In this document: positions 45,013 to 52,831 of the stretch, piece by piece | Layout: every line of letters begins with the position of its first letter | Numbering within the stretch: position 1 is the first letter of the stretch | Assembly (NCBI GenBank): GCA_036479435.1 | Contig: JAZGFI010000103.1 | Span: forward strand, 1-64,000 | Direction of reading: 5' to 3' | Source: Planctomycetota bacterium | Lineage (GTDB): Bacteria; Planctomycetota; GCA-002687715; DRQF01 | Length of the DNA: 64,000 nucleotides | Notes under the pieces: generated by a model | Told to the model about the DNA's origin: nothing | Databases searched by the model: none | The model's input: only the letters and a program-made list of their open reading frames with translations | Program-made: the position numbers and the translations under genes

Positions 45013-47193
45013 CTAAGGACTTGGCTCGCTTTTCCATACTTGGGGTTTCAGGCCCTGTAGCCAGGATCTTAGGCATCCATGGCGGTGTGCATAATCGTTC
45101 GCCCCTACCGCCAGGGCCAAGGCCCGAGGATCACCGACAATGACCAAAAGGCGTTTCGCGCGCGTGACGGCGGTATAGAGAACGGGTCTTTTGAGCAGCA
45201 GGAAGTGCTGATTATAGACCGGCAAGATCACCGCTGGGAACTCTCCGCCCTGGGATTTGTGCACCGTCATCGCCCAGGCGGGCGCGATGTCCGAAAGGCT
45301 CGATCGGCCGTATTCTTGGCGAGCGTTGCCGAAGCGCGCCATGAGTTGCCCCCGCGCCAGGTCAATCGACTCAACTCGCCCCAAGTCTCCATTGAACAAC
45401 TCGCGGTCGTAGTCGTTTCGGCGCTGCATGATCCGGTCGCCTCGGGCAAACCTAAGATCCCCGTGTTCCAAGAATTCCGCATGAGGATCACGGGCCTGTT
45501 GCACGGAACGATTCAGTTCCAGAGTGCCGACGGGACCTTTGTGCATCGGGCTGAGAATTTGAACGTCACCAGGCCCAGATTGGTCGAGACGTCGAGGGAC
45601 TTCTTCCAGCAAAAGTCGCGTGACAATCTCGGCGCCTCGCCTCGGGTCTTTCTCCTCGATGAACAACAAATCCGCGCCGTCGTCGGCAAGATCTGGTATT
45701 CGTCCGGCCAAGATCTCGTGCGCGACTCGAATGATGCGACTGCCCTGAGCTTGTCGAAACACCCGGGTGAGGCGGAGGACGGGGACGACTCCCGCGGCAA
45801 TGACGTCTCTGAGGACCGTCCCCGGACCGACGGATGGAAGTTGTTCCGCGTCGCCCACCAACAACAGGCGTGCGCCCTCGGGAAGGGCCCTCAGCAGGTG
45901 TAAGAACAGTGGAAGATCTAGCATCGATGTTTCGTCGATGACGATGATGTCCGCAGCGAGCGGATAGTCCGTACCGTGAGCAAAACGACCGTGGCCACCG
46001 TCAAACTTCAACAGACGATGAATGGTGGTCGCCTCCAAGCCGGATACCTGTTCCAGTCTCTTGGCGGCGCGACCGGTGGGGCAGGCCAAGGCGATGCGGA
46101 GGCCGCGGTCGCGCCAGATGCGTACGAGACTGCGAAGGACCGTCGTCTTGCCGACGCCAGGACCACCGGTCAACACGGCGACCTTAGATTGCAAGATTCC
46201 TCGAATGGCCTCTGATTGCTCGCTCGACAGTTCGGCCTGGATCGCCTTCGACGCTTGCGTTGGCAGCCTTGGGCCTAGGGGGTCGCTCGAATTGAGGTGG
46301 GTTGAGAGTCTTTGCGCCGCCTCGGTCTCGGCATCAAAAGCGAAGGCGTCATAGACATTGTAGTCGCGTTCCGGAGAGTCTCGCGCGATGACGATTTTTC
46401 GCGTTGCGACCAGTTCTTTGAGCTGCTGGCGCAGCGGAGCTTGATCGACCTCGAGTAAGTCTGCCGCTCGCTCGAGCAAGACCGGTCCCGGCAGACAGAT
46501 GTGACCTTGCACCAAAGCTTCGTCGAGAGCGTGGCTGAGGCCGGCATTGAGCCGCGAGGGGGCATCCGCGGCGGTGCCCTGAGCCCTGGCGACGCGATCT
46601 GCCAATCGAAATCCGACACCCGATACTTTCTCGGCGAGGAGGTAGGGATTGTGCTGCACCCGTCCCAGGCCGTCGTCGCCGAGGGCATCGGCGGCCCGCA
46701 AGGCCAAAGCGGGCCCCAGGCCGTGTCCCTGGAGAAAGATCAAAAGTTCGCGGCGTTCGCGCTCGCTACGCCAAGTGGTGGCGATGGTGTCGGCGCGCCT
46801 TTTTCCAATTCCCTCGACTTCGGTCAGCCGCACGGGTTCGTCGTCCAAAACTTCGAGGGTCTTGTCGCCGAAGGCTTTGACGAGTCGCCGCGCGAGCTCG
46901 GGTCCGATGCCCTCAACGCGAGGCCCCGCCAAGTACTTTTCAATACCGATGAGAGTTTGCGGGGTCAGGCGTAGGGCGCTTTGGGCTTTGAAACGGGAGC
47001 CAAACTTGGGATGCTCCTCGAAGATTCCGTGGAGCCGAAGCTCGTCGTTTTCAAACAGATCTCCGGTAATGCCGACAACGGTAAGCTCGCCACCGCGGGC
47101 AGGCCGAAACGAAAACACGGAGAATCCCGTGTCTTCGTTGGCAAAGATGACGCGCTTGACGCGCCCTTCAATGAGTTGGAGATCATCGTTCAC
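45013..47193 (-). CDS. recD2: ATP-dependent RecD2-like DNA helicase
   Basis: HPKFG, GIGPELA, NPYLL, TGGPGVGKTT, DETSM, GDAEQLPSVGPG, FRQA, TVHKSQGGEF, LYTAVTRAK. Confidence 0.95.
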   Translation of the reverse strand: MNDDLQLIEGRVKRVIFANEDTGFSVFSFRPARGGELTVVGITGDLFENDELRLHGIFEEHPKFGSRFKAQSALRLTPQTLIGIEKYLAGPRVEGIGPELARRLVKAFGDKTLEVLDDEPVRLTEVEGIGKRRADTIATTWRSERERRELLIFLQGHGLGPALALRAADALGDDGLGRVQHNPYLLAEKVSGVGFRLADRVARAQGTAADAPSRLNAGLSHALDEALVQGHICLPGPVLLERAADLLEVDQAPLRQQLKELVATRKIVIARDSPERDYNVYDAFAFDAETEAAQRLSTHLNSSDPLGPRLPTQASKAIQAELSSEQSEAIRGILQSKVAVLTGGPGVGKTTVLRSLVRIWRDRGLRIALACPTGRAAKRLEQVSGLEATTIHRLLKFDGGHGRFAHGTDYPLAADIIVIDETSMLDLPLFLHLLRALPEGARLLLVGDAEQLPSVGPGTVLRDVIAAGVVPVLRLTRVFRQAQGSRIIRVAHEILAGRIPDLADDGADLLFIEEKDPRRGAEIVTRLLLEEVPRRLDQSGPGDVQILSPMHKGPVGTLELNRSVQQARDPHAEFLEHGDLRFARGDRIMQRRNDYDRELFNGDLGRVESIDLARGQLMARFGNARQEYGRSSLSDIAPAWAMTVHKSQGGEFPAVILPVYNQHFLLLKRPVLYTAVTRAKRLLVIVGDPRALALAVGANDYAHRHGCLRSWLQGLKPQVWKSEPSP

Positions 47194-47213
47194 GGGCCCA
47201 GGATACTCGATCC

Positions 47214-47356
47214 GGTGCCAGGCACCACGCCGTCACTCTGTGGTGCCTGGCACGGAAAAGTGACGGCGGGGTGCCTGGCACGGAAAAGTGACGGCGGGGT
47301 GCCTGGCACCGCCTAGGGTGCCTGGCACCGCCTAGTCACTCTGGGGTGCCGGGCAT
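47214..47356. repeat. Array of six GGTGCC(T/A/G)GGCA(C/T) palindromes (REP-like)
   Basis: Copies start at 47214, 47242, 47270, 47298, 47317 and 47345 (28/28/28/19/28 periods); spacers duplicated or inverted. Confidence 0.9.
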
Positions 47357-47378
47357 AGACAGGAGAGGGGAGCTTCCG

Positions 47379-48536
47379 TTGTCAGATTCGCTTCGAATTC
47401 TTCGGGTCATCACGCGTCTTAATGTCGGCGGGCCTTCGCGTCATGTGGTGCAGCTCATGCAGGGGCTGGAGTCGAATCGTTTCGAGCAGACTCTGGTTGC
47501 GGGTGAACTCAGCGAAGGCGAGGCGGAACTGCCTGACGCTAGGGCTTTGAAGCCGAGGTATTGCCGGGAACTTGCGCGCCGCGTGAGCCCTCAAAAAGAC
47601 CGCCGCGCCTACCTTGAACTGAGGGGCATCATTGCCGAGCTGAAGCCGCACATCGTGCACACCCATCAAGCCAAGGCCGGATTGTTGGCGCGTTTGGCGG
47701 CGAAGCACGAGGCGGGGCCTAAGCTGGTCCATACCTACCACGGTCATACTTTTCAGGGTTACTGGAATCCGATTTTCGGGCGCCTCGTGCGAGGCCTTGA
47801 ACGGCGGCTCGGCATGATGTCAGATGCCCTGATCGCGCAGTCAGAGTCTCAACGCGAAGAGCTTCGTCAACACTTGGGGGCTCGAGTCGCGGATCGGATT
47901 CGGATCATCAAGCCCGGAGTGAACTTCGACTTGTTCGAGGGAACAAGAGTTGGAACACGGTCCTCAGAGACGATCTCAATTGGATTCGTCGGACGGCTTG
48001 CCACCGTCAAGAATGTGCCGGACTTCTTGGCAACGCTAAAGCAGCTCCAAGACCATCATTCACTTTCCTTCAAAGCGAAGATCATCGGCGACGGTGCGGC
48101 ATCGCTTCGAGAGCGACTTGAAGAACAAGCGCGAGCGCTGGGGGTGGCGGAAAAGATCGAATGGAAGGGTAATTGCAAGGACATGGCAAAAACCTATCGG
48201 GAGCTCGACGTCGTGGTCATGACCAGCCGCAATGAGGGGACCCCATTGGCCGCGATTGAGGCGCTTTATTGCGGTTGCCGTTTCCTGTCCTACGACGTTG
48301 GGGGGATTCGTGACACGGTGGGAGATTTAAGCGGCGTGACATTGGTGCCGCCGCGAGACTTCAAACAACTGGCGGAAGCTCTGGTCAAGGTCGTTGCAAA
48401 GGGAGGACCCTGCGTTGATCTCGAATTGGAAAATCTGCAGCGGGAACTGAGTCAGCGATTTGGAAGCGCACGCCTAACGGCCGAGATTGCCGAGCTCTAC
48501 GAAGACATCACCCGCGCGTCGCCGACGCGCTCTTAG
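47379..48536 (+). CDS. Glycosyltransferase family 4
   Basis: ITRLNVGGP, HTHQAKAG, VHTYHGH, GFVGRL..VKN, TSRNEGTP..AIEA, DVGG. Confidence 0.9.
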   Translation: MSDSLRILRVITRLNVGGPSRHVVQLMQGLESNRFEQTLVAGELSEGEAELPDARALKPRYCRELARRVSPQKDRRAYLELRGIIAELKPHIVHTHQAKAGLLARLAAKHEAGPKLVHTYHGHTFQGYWNPIFGRLVRGLERRLGMMSDALIAQSESQREELRQHLGARVADRIRIIKPGVNFDLFEGTRVGTRSSETISIGFVGRLATVKNVPDFLATLKQLQDHHSLSFKAKIIGDGAASLRERLEEQARALGVAEKIEWKGNCKDMAKTYRELDVVVMTSRNEGTPLAAIEALYCGCRFLSYDVGGIRDTVGDLSGVTLVPPRDFKQLAEALVKVVAKGGPCVDLELENLQRELSQRFGSARLTAEIAELYEDITRASPTRS

Positions 48537-48931
48537 TCGTCGCAGCGAAGGCGATCCGCGATGAAATTGCGGATGCTGTTCTGAGCTTCTTCGTCTTTCC
48601 AGCCAATCCACCAAAACTCGACGCCTATCTCGTAGCCGCCTTTTTCTTGGGCGTCGCACCAGGAGACTTTGCCCATTGAAATGACCTCCATCGGGAAGCC
48701 CGGAAGCTGCAATTCCAATGCCAGCATTTGGCCTTCTGCGACGGCCGCTGGAGCTTCAAAACTGATACCACCGCCGGAGATGTTGTTGAGGGCCGCGGCA
48801 TGCTTGGTCTTGAGATCGTCAAATCGCCCGTCGGCGTCCTCGACGGGCCGGAAGGTCATTTCACAGTTGGCGCTCACTCGCGGAAACCCGCGGTTTTCCA
48901 TGAGGGCGGGTTTTTGCTTGTCGTTCTTCAT
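48533..48931 (-). CDS. Stand-alone PilZ domain protein (c-di-GMP receptor)
   Basis: ENRGFPR (RxxxR), NISGGG (D/NxSxxG), GKVSW, YEIGVEF. Confidence 0.85.
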   Translation of the reverse strand: MKNDKQKPALMENRGFPRVSANCEMTFRPVEDADGRFDDLKTKHAAALNNISGGGISFEAPAAVAEGQMLALELQLPGFPMEVISMGKVSWCDAQEKGGYEIGVEFWWIGWKDEEAQNSIRNFIADRLRCDD

Positions 48932-49060
48932 GACGCGCCGATCTCCCTGGTCCAGCTCGGGCTTTATCGACTCATTTGAGGTCGATCTTGACTGTAATCG
49001 CTAACAGCCCCAGCGCGGATGAATCAGACATTGCGACACAAGTTGTTTCAGATCAATGTC

Positions 49061-50257
49061 TTAGGGGATGGGAAGGCCGAAGCAAGAACTCCTTGGGTCC
49101 CAACACAAGATGCGGCGGTGTTTTTTGTAGACCTTGCCCAGTTCGGCCAAGGTGTTCGCGGCCGCGAAGTCTCGCCTGACCACCCCGTGGAAAAAGCGTC
49201 CGAGAGCTTTTGTCGCCGCTCCCTTGTCGCCCTCCTCCTTTGAGCCGTAAAGCCTCAGGCAGGCGAAGAACAAAGTGGGATGACCAAACTTTGGCAGCTC
49301 TTTGACGAGGACGCGGCGGTCCCCTTCGAGCAGCAACTTCATGACATCTCTAATCTCGCGAAGGTGGCGCGGCCGCAGCGGCGTGCCTGGTGCCGTCGAC
49401 TTCAGTTGCGAATCCAAAATCGCCCGCATGCCTTGCATCGCCAACTTGAGGGCTCGGGCCTCGACTTTACGTTTATCGCTGGGACTGAAGACGCCCAGTA
49501 GCGGGCCGCGTCTGCGTTTTCCTGAGAATCGAGCCGCAGTCGCTTCGATTTCCGAGCTGGGGCAAAGGCTAAAACTCACCGCGTCGACACCCGCCGACCA
49601 AAAAGCTCGGTGGTCGCCCGGAGGTGCAAAACCCATGATTCTCGATTCCGCCGGGCCCAAGCATCTTGCGAACTCGGCGCTGATCGAATTCGATCCGCGG
49701 CCCAGTAAGAAGACGTCGCCAACCCCGCAAAAGTCGGCGTGGAGGACCGAGCGTATGACGCGCGCCTTGTTAGCGGCAATCCAAGCCTTCGAACCACTCA
49801 AGCTGCGAGCGCCGCGGTCAAAAAAGCAGATCTTCAGCGCGGCCTTGGGGGGCTGGGTTTGATAGTGGTGAGCCAGTTGAATCGCCAAGATGCAGCTTGA
49901 AATCGCTCCGTTGGCGTTTTTTTGGCGCGCCGCGGCGTCATGGTGGACGCTGAGGACGGTCAAAGCCCCGGTTTCGGGCCCAAAAGACAACTCGAGGTTG
50001 CGGCCTCTTTTTCCGCCCTCGCTGAAATCGTGGCGCTCAAAGGGGATCTTGAGGCGGTCGAGTTCGGATTCAATCCAACTGCGGCGCGCAGTGGCCGGTT
50101 GCCGGTGAAGAGCGGCGGTGAGGGCCAACAGGTCCGTTTTCGCTTTCTGCTGGACTTGGTCATCGACCGGCGACGGGAGCGGACCGGCCTCAAAAGCACG
50201 CATGATGGCGATGAGAGTGAGGATGGCCACAATCTGAGGAGATTCGAGCTTGAGCAT
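49061..50257 (-). CDS. M28-family peptidase-like protein, probably catalytically degenerate
   Basis: GRNL, LSVHHD, NANG, ICFFD...LSGS, ADFCG, GDHRAF...GVDAV. Confidence 0.65.
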   Translation of the reverse strand: MLKLESPQIVAILTLIAIMRAFEAGPLPSPVDDQVQQKAKTDLLALTAALHRQPATARRSWIESELDRLKIPFERHDFSEGGKRGRNLELSFGPETGALTVLSVHHDAAARQKNANGAISSCILAIQLAHHYQTQPPKAALKICFFDRGARSLSGSKAWIAANKARVIRSVLHADFCGVGDVFLLGRGSNSISAEFARCLGPAESRIMGFAPPGDHRAFWSAGVDAVSFSLCPSSEIEATAARFSGKRRRGPLLGVFSPSDKRKVEARALKLAMQGMRAILDSQLKSTAPGTPLRPRHLREIRDVMKLLLEGDRRVLVKELPKFGHPTLFFACLRLYGSKEEGDKGAATKALGRFFHGVVRRDFAAANTLAELGKVYKKHRRILCWDPRSSCFGLPIP

Positions 50258-50439
50258 GCGGCGACTATAACAGCTCGGTCTGGGCTGAAGCGATTCTCGA
50301 TCACAGCGCATGGTCACCGGGCGGCGGTTGACCGATTCAGCTCGCGCGGGTCAGATAGGGCTACGCGAAAGCGTTGTTCTTGACGCGCAGGCCGTGTCTT
50401 GAGTCTTGAACGAACTGGGAGAAAAGGGACTTGCTTAAA

Positions 50440-52581
50440 ATGAAGCTCCTCGGAGGCCGGCGACTCGCCATGATCGTGGCTTGTATGGTTTTGACGACCA
50501 TGACGGCTTGGTCTGCCTTCAGTCCCGATCCCTCCCCACAAGAAAATGGGAGTTTTCGCGCGAGCGTGCAAGACGAGAAAGTCGCGATTCGCAACGCGCC
50601 CTTAGACGTCAAGATTGAGCACGTCGACTTGCGAGGCGACACGATCCCCGGTTTTGACTGGAACGGCGCGAACCTGGACATCAAGGGCATTGATGACCTC
50701 GACGGTAAAGCTATCGAGAGCGCAGCTCTGCGACCCGAGCCAAAAGACGGACGCCGCACGACAATCATCGAAATCGACGACGGAGCGCTCCTACTTCGAA
50801 ACGTCGTCTTGGTTGATGACGTTTCGGTGACTTACCGAGCAAAGAAGTACGACGTGATTCCGGACACCGTGCCGGGGATCGTTGCGATCTTGCCGGCGCT
50901 CATTGCGATCTTGTTGGCGATCATGTTTCGCCAAGTGTTGCCCGCCTTGTTTGCTGGCGTTTGGGTCGGCGGTATCTTCATTGCCGGAGGCCCCTGGGCT
51001 GGTTTCCGCTACGTCGTTACTGAGCTAATTCCGACCACGCTGTCCGATTCGAGTCGGCTCAGCATTCTCGTGTTTTCTTGTCTACTCGGAAGCGTCGTCG
51101 CCTTGATCGCACGCATGGGGGGCACGCGAGGACTCGTCGACTCCATGTCGAAAGTTGGCGATAGCCGGCGAGGGGCTCAACTGACGACTTGGTTTTCCGG
51201 GATGTTGATCTTCTTCGACGACTACGCCAACGCGCTTCTCGTCGGCAATACGATGCGACCTATTACCGACCGTTTTCGGGTGAGCCGCGAAAAGCTGGCT
51301 TTCCTCGTCGACAGTACGTCAGCGCCGGTTGCCTGCGTGGTGGTTATCTCGACCTGGATCGCGGCCGAAATCGGCTACATCCAAGGCAAGCTCGAATTGG
51401 AAGCGGTGCAGATTGCGACGGGGTGGACCCCGGACAAGGCCTACCAGATTTTCTTGGAGACCATCCCCTACAACTTCTACCCGATCTACTGCATCGCCTT
51501 TTGCTTTTTCATTTGCCTCTTCCAACGCGACTTCGGTCCGATGCTAAAAGCGGAGCGCCGCGCCTTTCACGACGGCAAAGTCCTCGCCGATGGGGCGGTG
51601 CCGCTCAGCTCCCGAGAGATGGATCAGCTCGAACCCGCCGACCCCAACCGCCAGTACTGGTGGAACGCGATGATCCCCATTGGGACGGTCATTATCTCGG
51701 TCTTGGGGTTCCTCTATATCACCGGGGCCGAAGTTATTGAGGAGAGCCACCAATCCGCTCTCCAAGAGATTCGCGCGCTCGAATTTACCCGAAACTCTGC
51801 GGACACCGCGGTGTCCGAGAAGTTAAGACTCGTGTCCCAAATTGCCGTGGAGGAAAACCGGGCCGAAGCCTTGGCATCGCCGCCGCTTCGAGACATTTTT
51901 GGTGCCGCAAAGAGTTACCACGCCTTGCTCTTGGCCGCCTTCCTTGGCGTCATCGCCGCTTTGATCTGTGGGATGGGGCAAGGCCTGTTGCGCCTCGGCG
52001 AGTCATTCGAGGTCGTGACGGCGGGCATCAAGGCGATGATCCCCGCCGTCCTGGTGTTGACCCTGGCATGGGCGCTGCAAGACGTCTGTGAACGCTCCAA
52101 TACCTCACAATGGCTCATCCACCACATCACGCTGAAGTCCACGATCTTGCCGATGTTGATCTTCCTCTTGGCCGCGGTCATCGGATTTTCGACCGGGACG
52201 AGCTGGGGAACGATGGGGATCTTGGTGCCTTTGACCATGGATTATGTCGTCAGCCTGAGCGTGGAGGAGTCCTTCATGGTGGCCGAGACCCAAGTGCTCT
52301 TGGTCAGCTCGGTGGGGGCGGTGCTCGCCGGGGCCGTTTTCGGCGATCATTGTTCGCCGATCTCAGATACGACGATCATGTCCTCGATGTCCTGTGGCGC
52401 CGATCACGTCGATCACGTGAAAACCCAGCTGCCCTACGCCTTTTCGGTGGCCTGCATTGCCATCTTAGTGGGCTATCTACCCGCAGGTTTTGGAATCTCG
52501 CCCTGGATCCTACTTCCTCTCGGAATCCTGCTTTGTGCGGTGGTTATCCGGGTCTTGGGGCGCCGAGCGACGGACAGCTAA
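50440..52581 (+). CDS. Na+/H+ antiporter NhaC-family transporter with an N-terminal extracytoplasmic domain
   Basis: IFFDDYAN, SREKLAFLVDSTSAP, FSTGTSWGTMGI, GAVFGDHCSPISDTTIMSS, HVKTQLPYA. Confidence 0.9.
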   Translation: MKLLGGRRLAMIVACMVLTTMTAWSAFSPDPSPQENGSFRASVQDEKVAIRNAPLDVKIEHVDLRGDTIPGFDWNGANLDIKGIDDLDGKAIESAALRPEPKDGRRTTIIEIDDGALLLRNVVLVDDVSVTYRAKKYDVIPDTVPGIVAILPALIAILLAIMFRQVLPALFAGVWVGGIFIAGGPWAGFRYVVTELIPTTLSDSSRLSILVFSCLLGSVVALIARMGGTRGLVDSMSKVGDSRRGAQLTTWFSGMLIFFDDYANALLVGNTMRPITDRFRVSREKLAFLVDSTSAPVACVVVISTWIAAEIGYIQGKLELEAVQIATGWTPDKAYQIFLETIPYNFYPIYCIAFCFFICLFQRDFGPMLKAERRAFHDGKVLADGAVPLSSREMDQLEPADPNRQYWWNAMIPIGTVIISVLGFLYITGAEVIEESHQSALQEIRALEFTRNSADTAVSEKLRLVSQIAVEENRAEALASPPLRDIFGAAKSYHALLLAAFLGVIAALICGMGQGLLRLGESFEVVTAGIKAMIPAVLVLTLAWALQDVCERSNTSQWLIHHITLKSTILPMLIFLLAAVIGFSTGTSWGTMGILVPLTMDYVVSLSVEESFMVAETQVLLVSSVGAVLAGAVFGDHCSPISDTTIMSSMSCGADHVDHVKTQLPYAFSVACIAILVGYLPAGFGISPWILLPLGILLCAVVIRVLGRRATDS

Positions 52582-52831
52582 GCGAGTATTCAGCCGCAAA
52601 CGAGCCGCCATTTTGGCAAAATTGCCGCTTTTGGAAGAATGCCCCGGTGCAAGAGAGCCAGCATGGCGCTTCTTTTTCGACAAATCGTCGATTTGAAGCA
52701 GTTGCTATCACTCTGCTGCGCGCGGTCCGACGACGCATGGGCGTGAGGGACCGTTTTCAATACAAGATTTGCCGAACAACCTATCTCGAAGAATGCGGCC
52801 TTAGGGCCCCGAGTGGAAGCGAAACGGAACC

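Noticed and set aside
47242..47310. sigma54 promoters from TGGCACGG
   Set aside because: No GC at the -12 position (GG-N10-TG); the match comes from the palindrome
47214..47356. CRISPR array
   Set aside because: The repeat is only 12-13 bp, the spacers are 7-16 bp and are duplicates or inversions of each other, and there are no cas genes
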